A model generated the notes under the pieces. That model was not told where the DNA came from and did not search any database. It was given only the letters and a program-made list of their open reading frames with translations. A DNA stretch of 58,553 nucleotides, filler included, from Sphacelaria rigidula (Eukaryota): NCBI GenBank assembly GCA_964200075.2. It is 7 parts of 7 records of this genome, joined end to end, with 100 filler letters (N's around TTAATTAATTAA, not from the genome) between each part and the next. Parts side by side here need not be neighbours in the genome. Positions count along the whole stretch, not along the records: positions 8,381 to 16,660 come from CAXNAA020011667.1; positions 16,761 to 25,039 come from CAXNAA020011668.1; 5 more parts are not named here. The stretch is one strand, 5' to 3'. The position numbers and the translations under genes were made by a program. Shown here one piece after another: positions 12,396 through 23,926 of the stretch (its first letter is position 1; the number at the start of each line of letters is the position of its first letter).

Positions 12396-12921
12396 TGGTG
12401 TGTTTTACAGCGTCATCACCAACCGACTCCAACCCCACAGAGGGGTCCGCCTCTACAAAGCTGGGACAGAGCATGCCGGGTTCTCGCCGGACTGGGGAGG
12501 GGGGGGATATCGCACGTGTACAATGTTATGTTCGAGCATCCATGTATGAATATAGAGTATAGATACAAAGAAGGCACGAAAAGTACACTGCGCACTCATA
12601 GGTACAGTATTATCGCAAACCCGCTTCTGGGTATCATTACGGACTCACCGGTGCAGTATTTCTCGTAACGTAGCACTTGCATGGGAAACATTCATCGACG
12701 GGAGAATCACTCACAGTTTGAAGATGAGCGTACGTGAGATCGCTCTGTTTCCTCCAGCATCGTGGATTTTTTCGATTAACTCACTCTGCGAGGCGCAAAC
12801 AATACCACCAATCTCATCGAGCCAATATTTCCATGTTGTATGACTGAAATACTGTACACCAAACAAAGCCTTGCTCCTGCCCCTCCCCCCCGAATGTCAC
12901 AAACAACGACGACGATTTCAG

Positions 12922-13076
12922 GTCCAAGCCGCACTGGACAATCTGCAGTCCATGAAGCGCCGAACTACCCTGGTCGTGGCCCACCGCCTGACCACGGTGC
13001 GCAATGCCGACAAGATAGCCGTCATCTCCCAGGGCGGCGTAGCGGAGCTGGGATCGCATGAGGAGCTGATGGCTCT
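12922..13076 (+). CDS. ABCB/MDR-type ABC transporter, penultimate exon (H-loop)
   Basis: tttcag|...CT|gtgagt. Translates [52 protein letters not shown], in frame with the previous exon. Confidence 0.95.
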
Positions 13077-14875
13077 GTGAGTTTTTTGTTTTTCTTGCTT
13101 CGTTTTGGATGATGAGGGCATGGTTTTTGTTCCGAAGATATTTTTATTCTGTCGCTTTTGCACTACCCGAGGATGTCTTTGCCGATGTTATTCTGGTTCA
13201 CATACCTTTGCGCACGTCTATCCCACGATGAGCTACGGCGAGGTATGTTGTTCATCAGCTACCGTGAGATAATGAACAGATTTTCCGTGCTTGTTGCTGT
13301 AGCAGACGTGTGCCAGGTGTTGAGCCTGGCGGTACCGTACTTCCTCACCTGTTTTTGTTTTCTCATGTTTCGACTGTTTCTTTTTTTCTGTTTGTTTGCC
13401 ATCTCTTCCTTGTTGTCGAGTTCCTGTCAGCTAGCGTTCCGTTAGTATACTTTGATCACGCCTTTCTTGTGGCTACGGCTCGAGTCGTGGCGGATGAGCT
13501 ACAGTAGTCAACATATGTGTTTAGCGACTTTTGTAGTATTTTCGTAGTTGACGATTATTCGAAGTTCATCGCTTGCAACCGTTCATGACGACCCAGAACC
13601 CACCGACTGTACCACTTTCGAGTGCTAATATGGAATGACTGCGATTATTGGAATGGAATGAAATGACTGCGAAAAAATTCCAAAATTATACCCAACTACG
13701 AAAATTGACAGAGGGTGTTTTTGGCTGTTTTGGCCCAGACACACAGTTTTACGGCTCTAGCGCAATCAGAAGATCAACATACAGAGAACAATGTTCTGCA
13801 CAATTGCTCACGAGAACTATCGAGATGGGCTCAGTCGAGCGAAAATACCCAAGAATTGGAAACTGGGGCCGCGCAGCGGCAGGGCCCGCGAGGATCGGTC
13901 AGGCCGTACGTCGCTGAACATTGGTACGAAGTAAAAATGATTTTCTTGTTGGAATATAGAGCGGATCCTTACATCACATGATCCTGATTGTTTTTCATCA
14001 ATCCTTCACGGTGATGATGTTTGAACCTGCGTGCGTTTTTCGCTGTGGATAGTCACCCCGTGAATGGCAAATGCAGTATGTGGTATGAAAGCAAGTCGGT
14101 GCTCGTTAGTCGAGCGCCGTTGAGTTTGAATGGGTCGTGGCTGCTGGAGTTGTTGTTAGAAGTCGATCTTCGTTTTTCACGAATGTGTTACCTGAGTTGG
14201 GTGATGAAAGTTCATGTAATACTAAATTTCTCTCCGGTTCGTTTTTCGATATGCGTGAGCTGTGATAGATTTTGCGTGGTGAGTGCGTTTTATATTTTGT
14301 TCGGGCGAGGGGCTGTGGACCTCAGGCAGCAGGTACGACCGATGTCCTCGTATTTGAGGATAATGACCAAATACCAATCAAGAGATGGAATATAAAACAC
14401 AAAGAGGAAGCTGTTGGACAGCTTGACAACCAAAACGCTCCTCTGCTACTGTGTGGGCTGTACTACTAAAGTCGTGCTACCGTCGACGTAACGTCCACTT
14501 GAGCTTTTTTTCTCAAATCAAGAAGGATGGATGAAGGCCGAGAGTCACCGTTTGAGACCACAGAGGGACAGAATTGGCAGAGGTGAAAGAGACAATCTTG
14601 GAGTGATATCCATTTAGGCCACGATCAGAGCAGTGAAGCGGTGGAGAATGTATATTCATGTTTGGCGTCGATCACCGTCTACTGACCTCATTGTCCCAAC
14701 TACTCGATACACCCAGCACTTCATGGTGTCACATGAAAATTGGCGCCGTTGGGGTTGGGGTATCACTAAAATGCAAGGCGAAATCTGCCACCCCCTCCAC
14801 TACTGCAGGGCAAGATGCGGTGTTCGGCAGGTGTACAGACCCCCCCCCCTTCCCTAGCCCTTGAACAAAGGGCGC

Positions 14876-15122
14876 AAGAAATCGTTTGATACGTGAGACA
14901 GTAGCGAGAGGATGATCGCTATACTAGGAGATAGATGCTGCCCACAGACGGCGAAACAGGAAGGCGATAAGATGTGTAAAATATTCACGTGTCATGGATG
15001 AAAGAAACGTGATGAGCGCCCAAATGTTGCAAGTGACTTTATCGGAGTAGGAGCGGTGCTCCGTCTCAGAAGGGATGCGTGGTCACTGATCAAACGACTA
15101 GGGCAAGCAACGAATGAGTACG
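14876..15122 (+). mobile_element. LINE family A 3' fragment
   Basis: Aligns with 21845-22090 and ends atgagtacg-cccccc. Confidence 0.82.
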
Positions 15123-15278
15123 CCCCCCATCCCTCTGTATCTCTTCTTGAGCATTTCACTACTAACGATCAAATGAGGACTGCATGTGTGTTTTCCCACC
15201 CCCCACTGACCCTCATTTTCTGTCCTGCTCCGTGTCGTGCATTTGTTGTGGACGCTCCCACTTTTTCTTGTTCAACAG

Positions 15279-15333
15279 AGAGCGCGGCATCTACGGAGGA
15301 CTCTACCGCCAACAAACGGCGAAGTTCGCCTAG
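15279..15333 (+). CDS. ABCB/MDR-type ABC transporter, terminal exon
   Basis: Polypyrimidine tract then ttcaacag|A. The phase-2 join completes Leu, then ERGIYGGLYRQQTAKFA*, matching the G-x-Y-x-x-L-x-x-x-Q ending typical of ABCB NBDs. Confidence 0.88.
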
Positions 15334-16777
15334 AAAGACGCACACTGCCATGTAATGGCCATGCCCCATCAGGATAATACTGGAGTTTTGTTGTGCAGTG
15401 TATTCCATGGTTCGCCGTTGATGTAATAATGCGGTATCCGCAGCAAACGATGCGTAACCTTGTCGAAAAACGAGGCAGTTTCGTCTTTTGGTGTTCGCCT
15501 CTTCTCCCCCTCGTCGGTGTCAGTAGCACGAATGTTTGCCGAGGGTGTACAGTATTTTTGTCTGCAATTGACGGCCACGTGCATGATGAGATCCAAGTGA
15601 TCTCCACCGTTGTGAGCGCAACAAAGCAGCCTGTGATTGTTAGCGTGAAGTATATGCGAAGTGAGATGGTCATTAGTTGAATGTTATCTGCACAGTTGTA
15701 CACGAAACTTATATAGCAGTCCGTGTGCTGTGGTGGGCTAGTGTTGTGGTTGGTTGGGTTGGTCACAGCAGACCATATGTACAGGATATCTTGAGGTTGT
15801 TGCGGATTAGAGGAGGCCACTAACTGTACTCTGGACATTGGTGCGCGTAAGATACATGTAAGTTGCAAGTTCTGTTCGCTTTTCGGGTGAATACTTGAAT
15901 TTTGGTGCGGAGCGGCTCCGCGAGATCACCAACCCCAACTCTATTCCACCATGACGCAGGTAGGCCATTCACGAACATATTGCACAATCGAAAGAAACAC
16001 TGACGAGCCAGAGAAGGAGCTAGGCAAACACACGAAGGCCGACGGCGGAGGTCTCCACGTTGATCGAAGGGTTGGTGCGTTCCTGCATCGCCAGGTCGCG
16101 TGTACGTTTAAGCGATTGTTCCGAGTAGTGTGTTGTTATTTCATGGCCGAAGCGCGGAGCAACAGAGGGACATGAATGCGCGTGGGCTTACACCGAGCAG
16201 ATGCGCATGGCGGCGGGTGACTACAGCCGAGCTTGTAACAAGCGGAAGCGTGGAGCGACGAACGAGCAACTTCTAGACGATATCGGTCGTGAATTGAGTT
16301 GATGTCTTACTTTCCGCACGAGTTCGTGAACGTTCTTGATACGAGAAGCGCGGGTAGCGAGTACATCGAATGGTGTCAGAATATCAAACGGAAACGGGAC
16401 CGAGCATCGGGGTCGCGGGTGTTTCAACTTTACACTCTGTGGAAAGCTCTCACCATCCGTTGCATTCGTTTTATTCGCCAGGCAGTACTGACTGTATAAA
16501 CAGCAAATTGTGCGAATTGAGGTTTGACTTCGAGATGAGGTTCAAGTGGGCAACCCGACTTGTGAACGTTTTGTAGTAGAAGTGCCGAGGACAAGCTCTT
16601 ATTCGGAAGAAGTTACTTGTGGAGGTGAACCCGTGATGCGTCATTTTCAGTAAGTCCAAGNNNNNNNNNNNNNNNNNNNNNNNNNNNNNNNNNNNNNNNN
16701 NNNNTTAATTAATTAANNNNNNNNNNNNNNNNNNNNNNNNNNNNNNNNNNNNNNNNNNNNCCCCCCCCCCTCTCCCC

Positions 16778-17580
16778 ATCCGGCTCGATTGGGATGCGTG
16801 GTTAATGGTCAAATGACTAAGGTAAGCAACAAAGGAGTCCCCCCCCCCCCCCCTCCCCCCAAATGGTCTGATGACTATGGCACGCATGATCATGAGTACA
16901 CCCCCCTCCCCCCCCTCCCGCCACTCACTGCGTAAGGTACGCAATCAGGTTACCGATTTGTTTTGCGCGCATGCGTCTTTTTCCGGCGACCATGATGGTT
17001 GTCGAGCTAGATCATGTTGTGCGGTGTGGGAGAATCTCAACTCCGCACAAATGGGATGATCGTACCACCTAGTGTTTTTTACATGGTGAGATATCCACTC
17101 TGCTGTGTGGAACCGGTGGCTGTCTCTGGAAGTGGCGATACCGGAAAATGAAGCAACTCATCTTGGGCTGCCATCCAAGTGCAAGAGAATCAGTAGGCTT
17201 CGGGGCGAACAATCGCAGCAGGATGCAGCTCACCCTTCACACGATTCGCCGAACACCACGGCGCTTTGCGCTTGGTGATTGAGTACAAGCCTGGTCCGGC
17301 GAAAACCTGGCGTGCTCCGTCTCGCTTTGTAGGGATGCGAGGCCAATGGTCATATGACTATGGCTCGCATGTTCATGAGTACACCCCCCTCCCCCCCCCC
17401 CCCCCCCCCCCCCCCCCCGCCCCCCCCCCCTCCCCCCTTCCCAGCCACCCCACCACCCACCAACCACCCAACACNNNNNNNNNNGGGGTGCCCCCTCTCG
17501 CTTTTGAGGGGTGCGAGGGCAATTGTCCTATGACTATGGCTCGCATTTTCATGAGTACCCCCCCCCCCCCCCCCCCCCCC
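16778..17580 (+). mobile_element. Head-to-tail cluster of family A and family B 3' ends separated by C-tracts
   Basis: A tail ~16778-16840, B tail ~16862-16900, long B copy ~16925-17385 and B tail ~17485-17557, each followed by a poly-C tract. Confidence 0.82.
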
Positions 17581-18833
17581 CGCGCGTGCGCACGCCGCCG
17601 TTTTCCTTCTTTGGAAGGAGATGTCACCTCAAGGGATAAGCCGTACCCCTTCCCCGTCATTACCTCGAAAATTATCGTCGAGCCGTTTAGATTCGTAATC
17701 CCGCTGCGGGTCAACCATTGTCGATATGTATATATATATATATAGAGAGAGAGAGAGCTAATACAAAAAACGCCCCTGCAACCGTTCACACCTGGCTCGT
17801 TCAGAAGTCCAACTTTCGACTGTCGTCATCATCCTCTCGAAATGCGTAGCTGTCATTGTTTCCCACCGATTGACATTGTCGCGTTCTCCTGCGACGGAAA
17901 GGAGAGGAAAAACCCAATATTATTATGTCCGCATATCAACACTATCGAGGTTGGACCCCAAAAGGTTCGGAACACTTGAAAATAAGTAAAGGATGAATAT
18001 TGCATGTTGAAAAACACCCTTTTTTTCACAGGTACGGTACTTGTACATACAAATTGGAACTGAGTACAATACTCCCCTCCACCCCCCTATCCCCTCTTCT
18101 TTTCCAGAAGGAGTTCATCTATAGTCGTTCTACTACCTTGTAGAAGCGAAGTTACCGGTGGTTGTATCAAAACCCTCTTCTTGTCCAGAGGGATGTCGTC
18201 TATATTCGTTCTACTACTTCAAGGAGCGAAGTAAACGGTGGTCGAATCGAAGCGCGACCCGTGTAGAGTAGGTGTGAGTTGTGAACGGCGTATTTGATTC
18301 ACTAGGTGATCGATTGATTGATCGTGGTCCACCAACAGGTCCACGACGAATCCTCACGTGGTCAAAACGTACCCAACGTAAATGAGCGGAGACCTCTTGT
18401 ATTTATTTTCTCGAAGCATATGGGTTTCACGACCTCTTTCGCTTTCGCTTCTCGGTGATAAATGCTTGTCAACTGATTGAACGAAAAACAGTAATCCCTA
18501 CAGTATACCTCCAATCTCTAGAGGTTTTGCAGTAATCCATGCGTCAGAGGTACAGTATATCTACTCTTTGCACGATACAAACCTCCCAATTCCCCTTGGA
18601 GGATGACGGATGCGAGGGCAGGTACGAGAGTAGGGAAACGACCCAGGGTTCAGCGCAGTCTCGTGGGGGAGAATGCGGGTTGCACAGAGGTACTTTTGGC
18701 TTGTGCGGGACGCCTATGGTTCGTACACATGACAGGCTGCAGCGTAGAAGTTGGAAAAAAGTAAAATCAAGATCAATTTGACAAGTCGATATGATCTAGA
18801 ACCTTCCCCCCCCTCCCCCCCCTCCCCGTCCCT

Positions 18834-18928
18834 GGCTCTATTAGGAGTAGGAACGGTGCTCCGTCTCGAAAGGGATGCGTGATCAATGGTCGAACGACTA
18901 AGGCAAGCAACAAATGAGCACGCCCCCT
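18834..18928 (+). mobile_element. LINE family A 3' fragment with 15-bp TSD
   Basis: TSD CCCCTCCCCGTCCCT at 18819-18833 and 18929-18943. Confidence 0.85.
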
Positions 18929-18980
18929 CCCCTCCCCGTCCCTCCACCTGTTACCTATTACAACCCTCCTCCATTTTTAG

Positions 18981-19172
18981 ATGTCCATGCAGCAGTACTT
19001 CGACTTGGCGGGGGAGCCTGACAAATTCTACACGGTGGGCAATCGCGCCCGCAAGAGACTGGCGTGGCACAACGAAAACCTGCTGCAGAATCCCCTGTGC
19101 GCTGAGTTCGGCATCCGAAACATGATGCAGCTGAACCGCTTCATTGACCATGGTCTTCCACACTTTTCCATG
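18981..19172 (+). CDS. Galactose-3-O-sulfotransferase-like protein, internal exon
   Basis: ttttag|...|gtaagc, 192 nt, phase 0/0. Translates MSMQQYFDLAGEPDKFYTVGNRARKRLAWHNENLLQNPLCAEFGIRNMMQLNRFIDHGLPHFSM. The N-P-L-x-x-E-F-G segment resembles Gal3ST N-x-x-x-x-D-x-G. Confidence 0.8.
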
Positions 19173-20207
19173 GTAAGCTAACTGCAAGAACTGTGAGCGT
19201 GCGGGCCGCGATGGACTGTGGGGTTGGGCGGAATTGGAGATAGGGGGTGGCGTGGGGGGGGGGGGGGAGGGGGGTGTACTCATGATGGCTACTGCAGGTT
19301 ACGTTGTACACCACTCCCGGGTGCTTAGATTTGGGACCCGGAAACCGATTCCCGCGGGTATTATGTTCCGCGGGGGTTTTGTGCTACGTACCCTAATACG
19401 GTAGTGCGGGAGGTACGTTGCCAAGGCACGGTCGAATTCTCATCAACCAGCTGTGTATTTTGAGAGGAGAGAGGAGGGAGGGGAGTATTTCGTAACGATG
19501 CGCGCTGGCTACCATTACTGCTGCGATATATACAAACAACATACTGTCTGACAATGCCTTCTCATTGTGGACCCTTTCGGGGTATAGTCCTGGCACATCT
19601 CGAGCACGGTTCGATGTTGCACCGAATGCCACGCCGTGTCAATTGCACTGTGATGCCGCTATCCCGCACACGAGAGCTCCAACTGCACAGTCTACGCTGC
19701 TTCTATCCCTACCTTTTTGGTGCCCTGCACCGGCAGTGTGCAGCTATCAATCTCGACAGCGGAAGAAATGGTCGCAAAGACTGCGCAAGAGCAGGAATCA
19801 CCTCTTTTTTGTTTTTTTCAAGTTCTCAGATGGCTTGCTAGTCGCTTCAGCTTTTTGTCGAATACGGCTTGGCTGTGAGACAGTCGATGATGGTCGATCT
19901 TTGGGGAAACATCGTAGACGTTTTGGCCAATCGAAACTATCGAAACGGTCCCTGCTCTCGACGTTAGGTCTGTCGCCCCACACGTGATTACGACGACCAC
20001 GTCCACAAGGGAACCAACTGACTTCAAATGGTTGGCCAAAGCCAGAATGCTCATGAGGTAGCCTGCACTACTGCACCAGGTGCGGCGTGAACGCGCGTGT
20101 GTCTTCGCTGTTTCTACAATATGTGCTGAGATATACTTTTGTATGCACACACCGTGTGTGTGTGTTGGCCTCTCATGACTGCACCCCTACCGTGTGTGTG
20201 TACGCAG

Positions 20208-20293
20208 ATCTTGTTGACGGAAAGGTTTGAGGAGAGCCTGGCAATATTCATGCGCAAGTTCAACTGGGATCCGATTGACATGACGTACTACAG
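20208..20293 (+). CDS. Galactose-3-O-sulfotransferase-like protein, internal exon
   Basis: acgcag|...AG|gtatga. Translates ILLTERFEESLAIFMRKFNWDPIDMTYY(R), matching the Gal3ST-family pattern (F-x-L-V-x-I-x-E-x-F-D-E-S-L-x-L-L...W...D-x-x-Y). Confidence 0.87.
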
Positions 20294-21039
20294 GTATGAA
20301 TGTCTACTCTATGATCGCAAGCATCCGCAGCGAACAGGTAGCGCGAGTTGAGACCCTCTCGGTGAGAAACTACATGCCGAGCTTCCACCCTGTATGTTAA
20401 GGTTGTGGTCGCGAGGTTACAGAGTTGGGGGAAGGCAAATAACCTCGTCATTACTCCATTGGCCCCGTCGCTCAGCAAGCACTGGCATAGCGACGACACG
20501 TTGTAGGTAGCATGACACATCATCACGCGGAGCGGCATGTGTGGGTAGAACCTGAGGGTAACTTGGTATAAAATGTCATTGCTTCGACTCGAATCCATTG
20601 CTTCGCGAACAGACCCAACGGAGCATTTGCGCGTCACGGTGCTACGCACCGAAGTAAGACCGTGACTCAATACTGAATGAACCCCGTGACTGCCAAGCAC
20701 TGTCATCCATCGTTTTCAGTCCATATGTGGATGCCTGTGTGAGCGCTTGCGGCTTGATTTTCGTGTGGATGTCGACGAGGACTCTTTTGACTTGATGCTT
20801 ATGTAACAATGCTCCCACAGTGCGGTTCCCCCCAAGCGCGCGGTCAGCAGGTTCTTCACGATACATCATGCTGTGCAAAACAATATTCGGCTTTTGTTGT
20901 GTCACACGTCACCCTCGCCCAGATTCGGAAAGAGCATTGACGCCACATTATTTTATTTCCGGTTGGATTATTTGCCCGAGGTCAGTGGTCTATATGACCG
21001 TGGCACGCAAGATCATGAGTATCCCCTTCCCCCCACCCA

Positions 21040-22090
21040 TGACATTCATGACCCTCAGAGACTCGCATCTAGACACTAGGATTAAGATATGTGTCCTGAT
21101 GAACGTGATCGTACCAAAGCTGGAATATGCAGGAGAAGTATGGGAGGGGAACGTGAAGCTGGCGAAGAATTTGGAAACAGTACAGATGACAGCAGCTAAG
21201 AAAATACTCGGATGCTCGAAAAGGACATATACTACAGTTTTGAAGGCAGAGTTGGGAATGTACTCACTTCAAACTAACAGAGACATATGAGGAAATTGCG
21301 ATGGCAATATAGCTTAAAAAACATGCAGATAAAGAGATTCCCAGCTATAGTTGATAGGACTGTATGGAACAAAGTACGAAATACAAGGCTGGAGTAAGGT
21401 GGGATAAATAAGTCGAGAAAGTGTGTAAGGAGATGGGAAGAAACCAAGACGAAACACTGTCCATCGGTGAAGGCGCGGGGTACAAGACAAACGTAAGAGA
21501 TATGATCGAAATAAGGGGGGAAGGAGCGCTGACACGCAAAGCAGACGAGGAAGAACACCTGGAGATATACAGGTGGTTGAGAGAGGGGATAGGTATGAAA
21601 ACATATTTGAATGGCCTAATGGACGCGGCGAAAAATCTGGAACTACGATTTCGGGTGGGGGGCCTGGACCTGCCAGAAAGAAGGGGGTTTACCAGTCGTC
21701 GAAAAGACGAGGAAGTAGATGGACAGGATTGCCTCTGTGGCAAAGCAATAGAGAGCAGAAGTAATTTAGTGGCAGAATGTGAACTGTACAAGGATGAACG
21801 GGACGTGCTAGAGGGGGAAGTGCGGGACGTGAACGAAGATGGCATGAAATCGTTTGATGCATTAGACAGAAGCGAGAAAACGATGGCTGTAGTAGTAGAT
21901 AGATGGTGGCCACAGACGGCGAAACAGGACGGCGATAAGGCATGTGAAGAGCTTTGTGTAGTGTATGGGGAAAATGTAATGAGCGCCGGAATGTTGGAGG
22001 TGGCTCTATTAGGAGTGGGAACGGTGCTCCGTCCCGAAAGGGATGCGTTGTCAATGGTCACACGACGAAGGCAAGCAACAAATAACTGCC
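21040..22090 (+). mobile_element. 5'-truncated non-LTR retrotransposon (LINE, 'family A') in a sulfotransferase intron
   Basis: Post-RT region IVPKLEYAGEVW...LETVQMTAAKKILG...KAELG, then a C-terminal zinc-finger-like CLCGKAIESRSNLVAECELY. Frameshifted. Ends at a C-tract. Confidence 0.88.
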
Positions 22091-22426
22091 CCCCTCCCCC
22101 CCCCCATATATGGCCTAGTGTTTCGAGTTTTTGAGTTTTGAACACGATATTGTTTGTGGGCCGAAGTCAAACTGCGGGCAACTAAAGCAATGATGGTCAA
22201 GTGTACATAAAGTGCCTTGGGCAGCACAGCTAACCTTTATCGAGGAAAAATAGTCCCCGCCTAACCTTCTTTTCACGTGTAAGATACTGACCAGGGATAC
22301 AGACAGGGGCTTTCGAGACACGGACGTCTTCTTTCCCATAAGTGGTCTTACCCTCCCGAACTCAAGTCTCGAAAAGATACTGATTTGATTTCTTGCAAAT
22401 ATGTAATCTGTTTTATCGGTCTTCAG

Positions 22427-22511
22427 GGTGGTCGAAACAAAAGCTGGAACCAGACGCTACGACGGCAAAATGCTCGCGGATGTTCCCAAGACCTCAGATC
22501 TTTCTGAAGAG
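22427..22511 (+). CDS. Galactose-3-O-sulfotransferase-like protein, internal exon
   Basis: cttcag|G...GAG|gtgtga, phase 2/0, compatible with both neighbours. Translates VVETKAGTRRYDGKMLADVPKTSDLSEE. Confidence 0.8.
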
Positions 22512-23169
22512 GTGTGATGCGGTCTGATTTGTATGGTATTCTTTTTCTTTTTTTTCAAAAATGGGATTTCAGATCATCATATCTTTTCATAACGGTACGT
22601 AGCTACGATAATCGTGAACTGTTGATGTGTTTGTTGGTGCGTGATTGTTCACTAGAAATGCATTCACTCATATTGAAGACGACGGGAAAACAAGGCGAAA
22701 ATACCGCATTCTACAACGTCAGTGTGATGATACCATAAGGTATCGACCTGCATACTATTCCAAAGCAACGACGTACCTACAAAACTATGAAAATCATTCG
22801 GCGTCCTCCGAACTATTGATGTTATTATAGTCTTCACCTCTGCGAAGTAAGCCATTTTGCGCCCTTACGCTATGCCAATGGAGGAGGTCGCGGACCTGAT
22901 TCCAAGGGAGAGAAGTATTTCCACTCTCTACGGGACCAAACATCTCTGCGCAGTTGAACGGGTGTATGTACTACCGTTGTTCCCCATTCGCGCATCTATG
23001 GTCGCGCTCGAAGGATTACTTGAATGCCACTATGTTTCTGTGTTTCACGTCTTCGAACGACACCACCCCTCCCGTGTAACGTATCGTTTTATTTCATCCT
23101 GTTTCGTTCCATACGTATGTGGTGCATTCGTGCATCTATCGTAATATGCTCGTGCTTCTCCCCGAACAG

Positions 23170-23244
23170 ATGATGGCGAAAATCCGAGATGTGACGCAGA
23201 TGGACTTGAAGCTCTACGAAGCTGCCCTTAGGCTTTACAACGAG
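23170..23244 (+). CDS. Galactose-3-O-sulfotransferase-like protein, internal exon
   Basis: gaacag|...|gtgggt, 75 nt. Translates MMAKIRDVTQMDLKLYEAALRLYNE, containing the sulfotransferase C-terminal D-x-x-L-Y motif. Confidence 0.85.
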
Positions 23245-23487
23245 GTGGGTGGAGCCACATACGATAATTACACACAGGATAGACTCTCCCAGAAAGATGG
23301 TGCTGCCGGGGTATCACGATGACTGGCGATAGATCCTCCCGTAACAGGCAGCGCCGACTGAGTTTCGCTGAGATGCCACAGTGAACAACCACAGAGGGAA
23401 ACAGTCAGCCGCTGTTTTGTCAGCACCTCAGCGGTCAGGCAGCGTGACATCGCGAGCGATCGAGGGAATGGACATGGGATGTGTAGG

Positions 23488-23926
23488 CGAAAATTCTCAG
23501 GGAGGGATACGTGACACACGTGACACATTTGAAAAAAAACGGAAAAAAACGTAACTTTGGGCCATTTAACGCCACGTAAGGTTTGATGTTTTGGACGGGA
23601 CAAATGCAACGTAACGTGATGTAACATATGGACCTTGAAGCAGTGTCTCTTGGTGTTTTCCATGTGTAAAAACATGCTGTTTTTGTGAATTTTTAACGTG
23701 ACACGTGACATATTTCACGAAAACAAGCAGAGTTTTCGTCACATTTGGAAACTAAAACGCAATGTTAGGGTTCATGCGACGAACCACACGTTATATCACG
23801 TTACGTTACATATGTCCCATCCAAAAAATAAAATCTTACGTAGCATTAAATGACTCAAAGTTACGTGTTTCCGAATGTGTCACTTTAAAACGTCACTTAT
23901 CACGTATCTCTCCCTGAAATTTTTCG
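23488..23926. mobile_element. Intronic MITE with ~150-bp imperfect TIRs
   Basis: cgaaaatt.tcagggag.gatacgtga..acgtaacttt..acgtaag is mirrored by cttacgt..aaagttacgt..tcacgtatc.ctccctgaaatttttcg. Confidence 0.75.

Noticed and set aside
9618-23244. ABCB transporter plus sulfotransferase as a functional gene cluster
   Set aside because: They lie on different contigs separated by an artificial spacer.
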